NCBI GenBank assembly: GCA_018824085.1
Contig: JAHJHI010000054.1
Location: 7,362 to 71,361 of the forward strand
DNA length: 64,000 nucleotides
DNA from: Gammaproteobacteria bacterium
Lineage (GTDB): Bacteria; Pseudomonadota; Gammaproteobacteria; Burkholderiales; Rhodocyclaceae
Direction of reading: 5' to 3'
Part shown: positions 7,973-18,898 of the stretch, in pieces
Layout of the letters: every line of letters begins with the position of its first letter
Numbering within the stretch: the stretch's first letter is position 1
Notes under the pieces: model-generated
Told to the model about the DNA's origin: nothing
Databases searched by the model: none
What the model saw: the letters and a program-made list of their open reading frames with translations, nothing else
Translations under genes and position numbers: made by a program

Positions 7973-9315
7973 GCCTGCGGCTGAAGCTCAATGTGCTGCT
8001 CGCGCTGGTCATCCTGACCTTCACGAGCACGCTGCTCACACTCGAACTGATGGGAACGCAGCGGGCCGTCGGCGAGGAAATCGAGGCGGCCAACCGGGTC
8101 GCCACGCAGTTGCTGACGAGGGTGACGCTGATCTACGCCGACACCGGTGCGCCCGCACTGATCGATTTCCTGATCCGTCTCGGCCGCGTGCGCGCCACCG
8201 AAATACGGCTCATCGACGGCAGCGGCGAGCTGCTCTACAACTCGCCGCCATCGCCCTACAAGGCAGGGCGGGAGGCACCCGGATGGTATGCGCATCTCAT
8301 CCTGCCGCGCCGCCCGCGCCAGGAGATCACGCTGGCCGACCGCGCCGTGCTGGTAGTGGAGGCGGACGCCTCGCGCGCCATTCTTGACGGCTGGGACGAA
8401 GCGCTGCAGCTGCTCGTCACCGGATCGATCGCCATGATTCTGGGCAATGCGCTGGTGTTCTGGCTGGTGGGACGCGCGACACGCCCGTTCAACACCATCG
8501 TGCGCGGCCTCGAACACATGCGGGCCGGCGACTATCACACCCGGCTGTCACCGCTGCCCGGGCGCGAAGCCGGTTCAATGGCCGAAGCATTCAACCGCAT
8601 GGCGCAGTCGATCGAGGACAACATGAATGCTCGGCGTGAAGCGCTCGAAGCGCGCAGCAGTCTGGAACAGAACCGCGAACTGACGCAGTTCATACAAAGC
8701 AGGATCGAAGAGGAACGGCGCGACATCGCACGCGAGCTGCACGATGAAATGGGCCAGGCGGTGACGGCAATCAAGAGCATGGGGCTGTCCATCGTCCGGC
8801 GCGACACCGACACGAATCCGCCCAGCGCCGAAGCGGCACAGCTCATCGTCGACACGGCAAACCACCTGTACGACGTGATGCACAGCATCATTCCCCGGCT
8901 GCGTCCGCTGGCGCTGGACAACCTCGGACTGGAAGACGCGCTGGACGACCTCGTCGCCGAGTGGCGGCGCCATCATCCGGAGACACAGTTCTCACTGTCG
9001 CTGTCGGCGCTGCCGGAGTCACCCGGTGATTCGTTCAAACTCGCGGCCTACCGCATCGTGCAGGAGGCGGTGACCAATGCGCTCAAGCACGCCGGCGCCG
9101 GGAAAATCGCCATTTCCCTTGCCGGCTCGGAACGGTGGCTGGATCTGGCAGTCGAGGACGATGGCAGCGGACTGTCCGCCGGCTGGGCACAGAAGCGCGG
9201 CCACCACGGTGTGCGCGGCATGCGCGAGCGGGCGCAGGCGCTGGGTGGAGAACTGGAACTGACGGCGGCTGACGGTGGGGGCACACGGGTGCACGCCCGT
9301 CTGCCACTTGAATAA
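7969..9315 (+). CDS. HAMP + HisKA_3 sensor histidine kinase (MxcQ/MoxY-like)
   Basis: Two TM segments, HAMP domain, ERRDIARELHDEMGQ H-box, EAVTNALKHA N-box, DDGSG and GVRGMRERA. Confidence 0.9.
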   Translation: MSLRLKLNVLLALVILTFTSTLLTLELMGTQRAVGEEIEAANRVATQLLTRVTLIYADTGAPALIDFLIRLGRVRATEIRLIDGSGELLYNSPPSPYKAGREAPGWYAHLILPRRPRQEITLADRAVLVVEADASRAILDGWDEALQLLVTGSIAMILGNALVFWLVGRATRPFNTIVRGLEHMRAGDYHTRLSPLPGREAGSMAEAFNRMAQSIEDNMNARREALEARSSLEQNRELTQFIQSRIEEERRDIARELHDEMGQAVTAIKSMGLSIVRRDTDTNPPSAEAAQLIVDTANHLYDVMHSIIPRLRPLALDNLGLEDALDDLVAEWRRHHPETQFSLSLSALPESPGDSFKLAAYRIVQEAVTNALKHAGAGKIAISLAGSERWLDLAVEDDGSGLSAGWAQKRGHHGVRGMRERAQALGGELELTAADGGGTRVHARLPLE

Positions 9316-9331
9316 GAACGGGGAGACGAAA

Positions 9332-9970
9332 ATGGGCCCGATCAGGGTGATGCTGGTCGACGATCACGCGGTGGTGCGCATGGGCTTCAAGCTTCTGCTG
9401 GCCGCGTGCGACGACATCGAGGTGGTCGGCGAAGCCGACAGCGGCGAAACCGCTTACCAGCGCTACGCGGAACTCAAACCCGACGTCGTGGTGATGGATC
9501 TGTCCATGCCGGGCATGGGCGGCATCGAGGCAGTGCGTCGGCTGACGGCACGCGACAAGGGCGCCCGGATCCTCGCGCTGTCGGCGCACGAAGACACGGC
9601 GCATCCGAAACGCGTGCTCAAGGCCGGCGCAACCGGCTATCTGTCCAAGCGCGGCGCACCGGAGGCCCTGATCGACGCGGTACGCACCGTTGCAGCCGGA
9701 CGGATGTATCTCGATGCCGAAATCGCACAGAAGCTGGCGATGCAGGACGTGACCGGCGCGCAGAATCCGGTCGAAGCACTGAGCGAGCGCGAGTTCGAGG
9801 TCTTCATCCACCTGGCGCGCGGACAGTCGGTGAACCAGATCGCCGAGACGCTGCACCTGTCGACATCCACCGTCGGCACCCATCTCTACAACGTCAAGCA
9901 GAAGCTCGGCGCCACGAATCAGGCCGAACTGACGCTGATCGCGCTGCGCAACGGCCTGATCGAGGCCTGA
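9332..9970 (+). CDS. NarL/LuxR-family response regulator
   Basis: VMLVDDHAVVRMG receiver, MDLSMPG, C-terminal HTH LSEREFEVF. Confidence 0.93.
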   Translation: MGPIRVMLVDDHAVVRMGFKLLLAACDDIEVVGEADSGETAYQRYAELKPDVVVMDLSMPGMGGIEAVRRLTARDKGARILALSAHEDTAHPKRVLKAGATGYLSKRGAPEALIDAVRTVAAGRMYLDAEIAQKLAMQDVTGAQNPVEALSEREFEVFIHLARGQSVNQIAETLHLSTSTVGTHLYNVKQKLGATNQAELTLIALRNGLIEA

Positions 9971-10353
9971 CCACCCCCACGCGCGCACCAATATGGCGCG
10001 TTGGGCGTCATCATGACGCATGCCGGACGCGCTGCGCACGATGCCGCGCCCGTCCGGCAAGCCGGCGCCGCCTGAACGCCGCACCCTCGCCCACCCCGAG
10101 CAGCCTTGTCCCGCAAGGCGGCTGAAAGCTCAGCCCTCCGCCAGCGGCGCACTTTCCTCTTGCGTACCGACATGGCAGTCAGGTGCCCGGATTCATCACG
10201 CCGGAAGCCGCTGGCTCCGATCTGGCACATTTCACGCTTTGAATGGTGCACTGCGTCATTCATTGACGATTCAAAGATTCGGTTTCATGTGCCGCCAGTT
10301 CAACTGCAGCCACCGGGTTTCTGCACCGCCCGGCCGCCAGGGAGGAAATCGCC

Positions 10354-11163
10354 ATGCGTACTTTTGCGTTGTTGCTCATGCTGTCGCTCACGACTGCCGT
10401 CGAGGCCAGCGCCGAACGCTACATCCAGCTGTCGATGCACATGGTGAAGATCCTCGTCGCAGGCCCGGACGGGCGAATCAATACCGGCACCGGCGTACAG
10501 CTGGACGCCGGTCACGTGATCACCAACTGCCACGTCGTCGGCTCGGCGAAGGAAGTCATCGTTGCGCGCGGCAGCGGCGGCACCGCGGGTCGCGCGGAAT
10601 CCGTGGATGTGCGCCACGACCTGTGCCTGCTCGGCGTCACACAGCCCATGGCCGTGCCGGTGGACACCGCATCGTCGCGCGCCGTGAAGATCGGCGACGA
10701 GGTGCAGGCCATGGGTTTTTCCGGCGGCAAGGCGTTGTCGATGAGCAGCGGCAAGGTGACCGCGCTGCACGACATGGATGGCGCGTCGGTCATCGAGACG
10801 GACGCCCAGTTCCAGCAGGGAGCCTCGGGCGGCGCCCTGTTCGACGCCGACGGCCACCTGATCGGCGTGCTCACCTTCTTCATCCCGGGCATGAAGCGCC
10901 ACTTCGCGGTGCCGGTCGACTGGATCGCGCGCGGCGTGGCCGAAGCAGCCAGCGGGGAACAAGCCGCACAGGCACCGGCGCAGCCATTCTGGGCCGCAGC
11001 GGATGCCGACAAGCCGTTCTTCCTGCGCGCCATCCAGCACGAAAACGATCATGACTGGGGCCTCCTGCAGGCGGTGACCCAGGCATGGATCGAAGCCGAA
11101 CCGGGCAACAGCGCGGCCATCGAAGCGGCCGTGCGCGCGAGCCGCCTGCCCGCGGCGCGCTGA
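10354..11163 (+). CDS. Secreted trypsin-like (S1) serine protease
   Basis: Signal peptide, TNCHVV (His), HDLCLL (Asp), GASGGAL (Ser); RBS GGAGG. Confidence 0.85.
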   Translation: MRTFALLLMLSLTTAVEASAERYIQLSMHMVKILVAGPDGRINTGTGVQLDAGHVITNCHVVGSAKEVIVARGSGGTAGRAESVDVRHDLCLLGVTQPMAVPVDTASSRAVKIGDEVQAMGFSGGKALSMSSGKVTALHDMDGASVIETDAQFQQGASGGALFDADGHLIGVLTFFIPGMKRHFAVPVDWIARGVAEAASGEQAAQAPAQPFWAAADADKPFFLRAIQHENDHDWGLLQAVTQAWIEAEPGNSAAIEAAVRASRLPAAR

Positions 11164-11164
11164 C

Positions 11165-11205
11165 AAAAAAACGCCGGACCGACGAAAGATCATCGGCCCG
11201 GCGTC
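11165..11205 (-). terminator. Rho-independent terminator of hppA
   Basis: Minus-strand hairpin ACGCCGGGCCGATG...CGTCGGTCCGGCGT followed by a T run. Confidence 0.7.
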
Positions 11206-11233
11206 AGTCCCCGAGCGGTGCTGCCTGTTGTCG

Positions 11234-13393
11234 TCAGTGCGTCAGCGCGACGTGCTCCACCTGCGCCGCCGGCGCGGCGGATTGATGAACTGCATCGCCC
11301 GGGCCAACCGCCGACGGCAGCAAGGGCACGATGAGCAGCGCGACGATGTTGATGATCTTGATCAGCGGATTCACTGCCGGGCCGGCCGTGTCCTTGTACG
11401 GGTCGCCCACCGTGTCACCGGTCACCGCCGCCTTGTGGGCCTCCGAGCCCTTGCCGCCGAAATGACCGTCTTCGATGTATTTCTTCGCGTTGTCCCATGC
11501 GCCGCCACCGGTCGTCATGGAAATCGCGACGAACAGCCCGGTCACGATGGTGCCCATGAGCAATCCGCCGAGCGCCTGCACGCCGGCCTCCGGTCCCATC
11601 AGGAAGGCCATGCCGAACGCGACGACGACCGGCACCAGCACCGGAAGCAATGACGGAATCATCATTTCCTTGATCGCGGCGACGGTCAGCATGTCGACCG
11701 CGCGCGAATAATCGGGCTTGGCCGTGCCTTCCATGATGCCGGGGATCTCCTTGAACTGCCGGCGCACCTCGACGACGACGGCGCCGGCCGAGCGCCCCAC
11801 CGCCTCCATCGCCATCGCGCCGAACAGGTAGGGAATCAGCCCCCCGATGAACAGGCCGATGATGACCGCCGGATTGGCCAGATCGAAGGCGACGCTGTGA
11901 CCGACCGCCTCGAGCGCGTGCGTGTAGTCGGCGAACAGCACGAGCGCGGCCAGACCGGCCGAGCCGATGGCATAGCCCTTGGTCACCGCCTTCGTCGTGT
12001 TGCCAACGGCGTCCAGCGGATCGGTCACCGCGCGCACCGAATCGGGCAGTTCGGACATTTCTGCAATGCCGCCCGCGTTGTCGGTGATCGGGCCATAGGC
12101 GTCGAGCGCGACGATGATGCCGGACATGCTGAGCATCGACGTCGCGGCGATCGCGATGCCGTACAGACCGCCCAGCGTGTAGGCCGCCCAGATCGCGGCG
12201 CACACCGAAAGCACCGGCAGGGCGCACGATTTCATCGACACGCCCAGGCCGGCGATGATGTTGGTGCCGTGGCCCGTGGTCGAGGCCTGTGCGATGTGCT
12301 GCACCGGCTTGAATTCGGTGCCGGTGTAGTACTCGGTGATGACCACCATCAGTCCGGTCAGCACCAGCCCGACGACCGCCGCGCCATACAGGCGCCACTG
12401 CGCGCCATCCAGGATGCCCATCGACGCATTCAGCGCGTCATCAGGCATCAGCATCACGGTCAGCGGATAGAAGGCGATCAGCCCGAGCACACCGGCAACC
12501 AGCAGGCCGCGGTAGAGCGCGTTCATGATCTTCTGTCCGGGCCTGGCCTTGACGAACATGCAGCCGACGATGGACGCGAGGATGGAAAATCCGCCGAGAG
12601 CGAGCGGATAGATGACCGCGGCTTCGGCGTTCGATTTGAGCATCAGCGCGCCGAGCAGCATGGTCGCGACGATGGTCACCGCGTAGGTCTCGAACAGGTC
12701 CGCCGCCATGCCCGCGCAGTCGCCGACGTTGTCACCGACGTTGTCCGCGATCACCGCCGGGTTGCGCGGATCGTCCTCCGGAATGCCGGCTTCGACCTTG
12801 CCCACCAGGTCGGCACCGACGTCGGCACCCTTGGTGAAGATACCGCCGCCGAGACGCGCGAAGATCGATATCAGCGACGAGCCGAACCCCAGGCCGATGA
12901 GCGGATGGATGATCTGCTCCATCGTCGCGTCATGCGCCGCGGAGCCGCTGAGGATGGCGTAATAGCCCGCCACGCCGAGCAGGCCCAGCCCCACCACCAG
13001 CATGCCGGTGATCGCGCCGCCGCGGAAGGCGACGTCGAACGCTTCCGAAATGCCCTGGCGCGCCGCCTCCGCCGTGCGCACGTTCGCGCGCACCGACACG
13101 TTCATGCCGATGTAGCCGGCAGCGCCCGAGAGCACGGCACCGATGACGAATCCGGCCGCGGTCGACGTTCCGAGCGTCAGCCACAGGACGATGGTCAGCA
13201 CGACACCGACTACGGCGATGGTGCGGTACTGGCGATTGAGATAGGCCTTCGCGCCTTCCTGCACGGCATCGGCAATCTCGCGCATGCGCGGGTTGCCGGT
13301 AGGTTGGGCGAGGATCCATTTGCTAGAGACGGCGCCATAGACAATGGCCACCACAGCGCACACGAGTGCGAACACCAGACCGAACGACGACAT
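11234..13393 (-). CDS. hppA: Membrane-bound H+-translocating pyrophosphatase, K+-independent type
   Basis: [37 protein letters not shown] (Lys signature), [13 protein letters not shown] before MSSFG. Confidence 0.95.
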   Translation of the reverse strand: MSSFGLVFALVCAVVAIVYGAVSSKWILAQPTGNPRMREIADAVQEGAKAYLNRQYRTIAVVGVVLTIVLWLTLGTSTAAGFVIGAVLSGAAGYIGMNVSVRANVRTAEAARQGISEAFDVAFRGGAITGMLVVGLGLLGVAGYYAILSGSAAHDATMEQIIHPLIGLGFGSSLISIFARLGGGIFTKGADVGADLVGKVEAGIPEDDPRNPAVIADNVGDNVGDCAGMAADLFETYAVTIVATMLLGALMLKSNAEAAVIYPLALGGFSILASIVGCMFVKARPGQKIMNALYRGLLVAGVLGLIAFYPLTVMLMPDDALNASMGILDGAQWRLYGAAVVGLVLTGLMVVITEYYTGTEFKPVQHIAQASTTGHGTNIIAGLGVSMKSCALPVLSVCAAIWAAYTLGGLYGIAIAATSMLSMSGIIVALDAYGPITDNAGGIAEMSELPDSVRAVTDPLDAVGNTTKAVTKGYAIGSAGLAALVLFADYTHALEAVGHSVAFDLANPAVIIGLFIGGLIPYLFGAMAMEAVGRSAGAVVVEVRRQFKEIPGIMEGTAKPDYSRAVDMLTVAAIKEMMIPSLLPVLVPVVVAFGMAFLMGPEAGVQALGGLLMGTIVTGLFVAISMTTGGGAWDNAKKYIEDGHFGGKGSEAHKAAVTGDTVGDPYKDTAGPAVNPLIKIINIVALLIVPLLPSAVGPGDAVHQSAAPAAQVEHVALTH

Positions 13394-13567
13394 CACCCCT
13401 CCTCTTGTTTTGACTGCGTGCAACGAAGAAGCGGTGCCGTAAGCCCGCCTCCGGAAGCTGCTGCGATCTTGTGGATCGCCGGGTTGCGGCCGCTTCGGCC
13501 GCGTCCCTGATAAGTCATCCGCACGCGCTGGCGCGCGCGGCTACAAGTGGTGCGTCCTCGACCCGTG

Positions 13568-14824
13568 TCAGCCGGCGAACGGCGGCAACAGCGCCGGTAC
13601 GCTCTCGTTGAGCAGGCTCACATAGGCCGGCAGACCATTGACATAAGGCGGGTAGTCCTCGCCTTCGATCAAGGGCTGCAGGTATTTCCGGCAGGCGTCC
13701 GTAATGCCGAAGCCGTCGCCGGAAATGAATTCCCTTGGCATCATCTTCTCGCGATTGGCCACATCCTTCAATTGCGCGACACCGACATCCCAGCGATACG
13801 GTTCGTCGGACGTGCGCACGATGGCCGGCATCACGGCATTGCGCCCGGCGAGTGCCAGTTCGACCGCACGGCGCCCGAGCGCGAGCGCCTGAGCGACGTC
13901 GGTGGCGGACGCGACGTGACGCGCGCTGCGCTGCAGGTAATCCGGCAACGCCCAGTGGTACTTGTGGCCGAGCCTGTCCTTGATCAGCTCGGCCACCTGC
14001 TGGCCGACGCCGCCCAGTTGCGCGTGGCCGAAGGCATCGCGCGAACCGGCTTCGCCGAGCAGCTTGCCGTCCGCGCCGCGCAGGCCTTCCGACACAGCGA
14101 TGGCACAGAAGTCGTGCTCGCGCACGCAGGCATCGACGCGGGCAAGAAAAGCTTCGGGGTCAAAGGTGATCTCGGGGAACAGCAGCAGGTGCGGCGCTTC
14201 GCCTGCACGACGGGCGGCCAGACCGGCGGCAGCGGTGATCCAGCCCGCATGCCGGCCCATGACCTCCATGACGAAAACCTTCGTCGATGTGCGCGCCATC
14301 GATGCGACGTCGAGCCCGGCTTCCATCATGGACAGTGCGACGTACTTCGCCACCGAACCGAAGCCGGGACAGTTGTCCGTCTCGACCAGGTCGTTGTCGA
14401 CCGTCTTCGGGATGCCGACGCACACCAGCGGATAGTTCAGCCGCTCGGCGATCTGCGACACCTTCCATGCGGTGTCCATGGAATCGTTGCCGCCGTTGTA
14501 GAGGAAGTAACGGATGTCGTGCGCGCGGAACACGTCGATGAGCCGCTCGTACTGCGCGCGGCTCTCGTCGAGTCCCTTGAGCTTGTAGCGGCAGGAGCCG
14601 AAGGCCCCGCCGGGGGTGTGACGCAGCGCGGCGATCGCGGCGTCCGATTCGAGCGAGGTGTCGATCAGGTCTTCATGCAGCGCGCCGAGGATGCCGTTGC
14701 GCCCGGCAAACACGCGACCGATCCGGCCGCCCTGTTCGCGCGCTGCCTGGATGACGCCGCATGCCGTGGCATTGATGACGGCGGTGACGCCGCCGGACTG
14801 CGCGTAGAACAGGTTTTCAGCCAT
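13568..14824 (-). CDS. pfp: 6-phosphofructokinase, PPi-dependent signature
   Basis: QSGG, GGNDS (Asp at the PfkA Gly104 position), PKTVDND (Lys at the Gly124 position), MGRHAGW. Confidence 0.82.
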   Translation of the reverse strand: MAENLFYAQSGGVTAVINATACGVIQAAREQGGRIGRVFAGRNGILGALHEDLIDTSLESDAAIAALRHTPGGAFGSCRYKLKGLDESRAQYERLIDVFRAHDIRYFLYNGGNDSMDTAWKVSQIAERLNYPLVCVGIPKTVDNDLVETDNCPGFGSVAKYVALSMMEAGLDVASMARTSTKVFVMEVMGRHAGWITAAAGLAARRAGEAPHLLLFPEITFDPEAFLARVDACVREHDFCAIAVSEGLRGADGKLLGEAGSRDAFGHAQLGGVGQQVAELIKDRLGHKYHWALPDYLQRSARHVASATDVAQALALGRRAVELALAGRNAVMPAIVRTSDEPYRWDVGVAQLKDVANREKMMPREFISGDGFGITDACRKYLQPLIEGEDYPPYVNGLPAYVSLLNESVPALLPPFAG

Positions 14825-14832
14825 GTTTCCGA

Positions 14833-15570
<738 letters not shown>

Positions 15571-15607
15571 TTACCGCCAATGTGCAGCGCGGTCAAACCG
15601 CAGTGCG

Positions 15608-16372
15608 TCAGACGGTGCCCGCGGCAATGATCGCGCTGACTCTCTGCAAATCCTCTTCGGTGTCGACGCCGGCGTGCGGCATCGCCACATTGCCGACCAC
15701 GCGGATACGGTAGCCATGCCACAGCGCGCGCAGCTGCTCAAGCGCCTCGAGCTGTTCCATCGGCGCCGGCGCGAGCCGCGCGTTCTTCTGCAGGAAACGC
15801 ACACGGTAGGCGTAGATGCCGATGTGGCGCTGCGCGCCGAGATCCTGCGGCAGCGCCTGCGGACCCGCCGCAAAGGCGTCGCGCGCCCAGGGAATCGGCG
15901 CGCGCGAGAAATACATGGCGCGCCCCTGCGCGTCGCACAGCACCTTCACGACAGCGGGATTGAAGAAATCGGCCACCTCGGAGATGGCACTGCTGGCCGT
16001 GGCGATCGACGACTCCGGGTCCTGGTCCAGCGCCAGCGCGACCGCGCGGATGAGCGCCGGATCGATCAACGGTTCGTCACCCTGCACGTTCACGACGACG
16101 GCACCCGACGCCCAGCCAAGCTGATCCGCCACTTCGGCGATGCGGTCGGTACCCGTCGCGTGATCGCTGCGCGTCATCACAGCCTGAAAACCGTGCGCCA
16201 CGACGGCGGCGGCAATCTCTTCATGATCGGTGGCCACAACCAGCGCCTCGGGGCCACTGAGCACCGCCCGCTGCGCCACCCGCACCACCATCGGCAGGCC
16301 GCAGATGTCGCGCAGCGGCTTGCCCGGAAGGCGGGTTGACGCGTGGCGCGCCGGAATGACGACCTTGAACAT
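15608..16372 (-). CDS. kdsB: 3-deoxy-manno-octulosonate cytidylyltransferase
   Basis: [34 protein letters not shown]. Confidence 0.96.
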   Translation of the reverse strand: MFKVVIPARHASTRLPGKPLRDICGLPMVVRVAQRAVLSGPEALVVATDHEEIAAAVVAHGFQAVMTRSDHATGTDRIAEVADQLGWASGAVVVNVQGDEPLIDPALIRAVALALDQDPESSIATASSAISEVADFFNPAVVKVLCDAQGRAMYFSRAPIPWARDAFAAGPQALPQDLGAQRHIGIYAYRVRFLQKNARLAPAPMEQLEALEQLRALWHGYRIRVVGNVAMPHAGVDTEEDLQRVSAIIAAGTV

Positions 16373-16382
16373 GGCTATTCCT

Positions 16383-16601
16383 TCAGGTGGGCGAAGGGTT
16401 GCGGCCTGCCGGCTCGCGCAAGGCTTCCACTTCGTCGTCGCTCATTTCACGTGCCTCGTCCTCGAGCATGACGGGAATGCCGTCACGGATCGGATAGGCC
16501 AGCCGGCTGGCCTTGCACTGCAACTCGTTGCGCGCGCGGTCAAGCACCAGCGGCGCCTTGGTGACCGGGCAGACGAGTATTTCAAGAAGACGGGGATCCA
16601 T
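16383..16601 (-). CDS. Trm112/YcaR-family protein
   Basis: [14 protein letters not shown]...[11 protein letters not shown]; standard lpxK-ycaR-kdsB order. Confidence 0.92.
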   Translation of the reverse strand: MDPRLLEILVCPVTKAPLVLDRARNELQCKASRLAYPIRDGIPVMLEDEAREMSDDEVEALREPAGRNPSPT

Positions 16602-17610
16602 GCATCAACTCCGCGATGCGGGCCGAAACATGGCCCGCGAGATCAGGGTCGAGGCAAGCCTCGACCGGCAATACCCACACAGGGGCGTCCGACAATCCGT
16701 GACATTTTACCGCGTCCTTCTCGGTAAGCAGCAGCCCATCGCACGCCGGAAAACGCAGGTCCTGCGCCGAATACACGTGGTGGTCGGCGAACGCATGCGC
16801 GGTGAACTCCAGTCCGAGCGCCCGCAGATGGTCGAAGAACCTGGCCGGCTCGCCGATGCCCGCCAGCGCATGCAGGCGCTGGCCGCGCAGCGCCTCCGCC
16901 TGAACCCGCTCCTGCGGCCGATCGAGGCGCACGAATGTGTCGCCCCGCAGGACCATGCGAAATACCGGAGCGGCATTCCGCCGAATGGCGGCAGGAAGGT
17001 CTCCACCGCCATTGATCACCAGTGCATCGACGTTTCCGAGTCGTGCCGCGGGCTCGCGCAACGGTCCCGCCGGCAGGTGCAGTCCGTTCATCAGGCCGCG
17101 CCGGTCGAGCACGGCGATCTCGATGTCGCGCGCCAGCGCGTAGTGCTGAAGTCCGTCATCACACAGCACCAGATCGCATTCGGGGTGCTGCGCCAGCGCA
17201 GCCCGCGCGGCTTCGGCGCGCCTGCGCCCGACCCATACCGGCACGCCCGCTCGACGGGCCAGCAGCAGCGCCTCGTCGCCGCAGTCGCGCGCGTCACCGT
17301 CGGGCAGCACCCGCCGCACGCCGTCACCGGCGCCGCCGTAGCCGCGTGACACGATCAGCGGATGATGGCCAAGTGCCGCGAGCGCTTGCGCGAGATGAAG
17401 GGTCAGCGGGGTCTTGCCGGCGCCACCGGCGATGATGTTGCCAATGACGACGACCGGCACCGGCAGCCTGGCCGTCCGCAACGCGCCGCATCGATACGCG
17501 CCGCGGCGCAGTGCGGCCAGCAGGCGGAACAGCAGCGACAGCGGCCACAGCAGCCAGGCCAGCACGCCACGGCTGCGCCAGTGTGCTGGCAGCGCACGCG
17601 CCGCACTCAT
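16582..17610 (-). CDS. lpxK: Tetraacyldisaccharide 4'-kinase
   Basis: [37 protein letters not shown]. Confidence 0.96.
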   Translation of the reverse strand: MSAARALPAHWRSRGVLAWLLWPLSLLFRLLAALRRGAYRCGALRTARLPVPVVVIGNIIAGGAGKTPLTLHLAQALAALGHHPLIVSRGYGGAGDGVRRVLPDGDARDCGDEALLLARRAGVPVWVGRRRAEAARAALAQHPECDLVLCDDGLQHYALARDIEIAVLDRRGLMNGLHLPAGPLREPAARLGNVDALVINGGGDLPAAIRRNAAPVFRMVLRGDTFVRLDRPQERVQAEALRGQRLHALAGIGEPARFFDHLRALGLEFTAHAFADHHVYSAQDLRFPACDGLLLTEKDAVKCHGLSDAPVWVLPVEACLDPDLAGHVSARIAELMHGSPSS

Positions 17611-18035
17611 CGGCCGGCGGCGGTGTCTGACTGGGTCGCGAAGGAAATGCCGGAGATGCCTGCCTGCTGCGCGGCCTGCATGACGTCTATCGACGATTGC
17701 AGGCGGGCTTCGCGATCGGACGAGATGATGACCACCGGTTCCTGCTTGCCGGACGCAGCCTGCGCCAGCGCGGTACGCAGCGCGTCGGCGTCGCCGGCGG
17801 GCACCGGTTGACGATTGATCAGGATGTCGCCGCGCGCGGTGATCAGCACATTGATCTCGCGGTCGCCCGGATCGGATTCGGGCGCCTCGGCGCTGGGCAG
17901 CGTGATCTCCAGTCCGGCGGTTTTCGAATAGGAGGTGGTCACCATCAGGAAGATCAGGATGACCAGCAGCACGTCGATCAGCGGGATCAGGTTGATCTCG
18001 ACATCTTCGCGTCCGCGCCCGCGTCGGAAATTCAT
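17607..18035 (-). CDS. exbD: ExbD/TolR biopolymer transport protein
   Basis: EINLIPLIDVLLVILIFLMV. Confidence 0.92.
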   Translation of the reverse strand: MNFRRGRGREDVEINLIPLIDVLLVILIFLMVTTSYSKTAGLEITLPSAEAPESDPGDREINVLITARGDILINRQPVPAGDADALRTALAQAASGKQEPVVIISSDREARLQSSIDVMQAAQQAGISGISFATQSDTAAGR

Positions 18036-18044
18036 CGCCGGCCC

Positions 18045-18656
18045 CTACTTCGCGGAGCGTTCGCCGTGCACGACTTCGACCAGCTTGATCGCCTGCTGCT
18101 CCATGTCCACGACGAAGTCATCCACCAGCCCACGGAAATAGCGGTGAAAGATGAGCGCAGGAATGGCGACCAGCAAGCCGAATCCGGTGTTGTACAGCGC
18201 AATGGAAATACCGCTGGCGAGCTGCTGCGGATTGGCGCCGCTCGCCGTCTGGGAACCGAAGATTTCGATCATGCCGACGACCGTGCCGAACAGTCCCATC
18301 AGCGGCGCTGCGGCGGCGATGGTGCCGAGCGTGGTGAGATAGCGATCGAGATGATGCGCCACGGCGCGCCCCTCTTCCTCGATGGATTCCTTCATGACGA
18401 TGCGCGGACTGCGCACGCTGCGCAGTCCCGCCGCCAGCACGCGGCCAAGCGGCGAGTGGTTCGCAACACGACGTATCATGTCGGCGCCGGGCTGACCGCC
18501 CTTCAGGTCGGTCACGATGGAATCCAGCAATCCCGGAGGCACCACCTTGCTGCGACGCAGGCTTGTCAGCCGTTCCAGAATCAGCGCTAGCGCAATGATG
18601 GAGGCGGCGATCAACGGCCAGATCGGCCAGCCAGCCGCGCGGATGATGTCAAACAC
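18045..18656 (-). CDS. exbB: MotA/TolQ/ExbB proton-channel protein
   Basis: LGTIAAAAPLMGLFGTVVGMI, GISIALYNTGFGL; GTG start at 18656. Confidence 0.9.
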   Translation of the reverse strand: MFDIIRAAGWPIWPLIAASIIALALILERLTSLRRSKVVPPGLLDSIVTDLKGGQPGADMIRRVANHSPLGRVLAAGLRSVRSPRIVMKESIEEEGRAVAHHLDRYLTTLGTIAAAAPLMGLFGTVVGMIEIFGSQTASGANPQQLASGISIALYNTGFGLLVAIPALIFHRYFRGLVDDFVVDMEQQAIKLVEVVHGERSAK

Positions 18657-18747
18657 GTGGGATCCCCCGGTGAACAAGCGGCGAACTGTAGCCTGCGGGA
18701 CGTGACGGAGCAACCCTGGCCGGGCGGCACCGGCGCAGCCCGGCAAG

Positions 18748-18783
18748 GTTATCCACAGAAATTGTGGATAACTGTGTGGGTTT
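18748..18783. promoter_or_regulatory. DnaA-box cluster: two perfect inverted boxes plus one degenerate box (DARS-like layout)
   Basis: TTATCCACA (18749-18757), 5-bp spacer, TGTGGATAA (18763-18771), 3-bp spacer, TGTGGGTTT (18775-18783). Confidence 0.8.
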
Positions 18784-18898
18784 CATCGGGACTCCCGCGC
18801 TAAACCGCCCCGGGGTAAGCATTTTTCTTACACCGATCAAAAATTAAGCTTCCGTGAAGCGATCATTGCAGATTGATCACGGAACCCTTCGGAGCCAC

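Noticed and set aside
10120-10160. GAGGAAAGT (RNase P-like) and a CTGAAAGCTC 10-mer shared with 2151-2160
   Set aside because: The rest of the RNase P core is absent, and one shared 10-mer in 64 kb of GC-rich DNA is compatible with chance.
18748-18880. Interpretation of the DnaA boxes as oriC
   Set aside because: Only 2-3 boxes, no dnaA/dnaN/gidA/rpmH context and no extended unwinding element.
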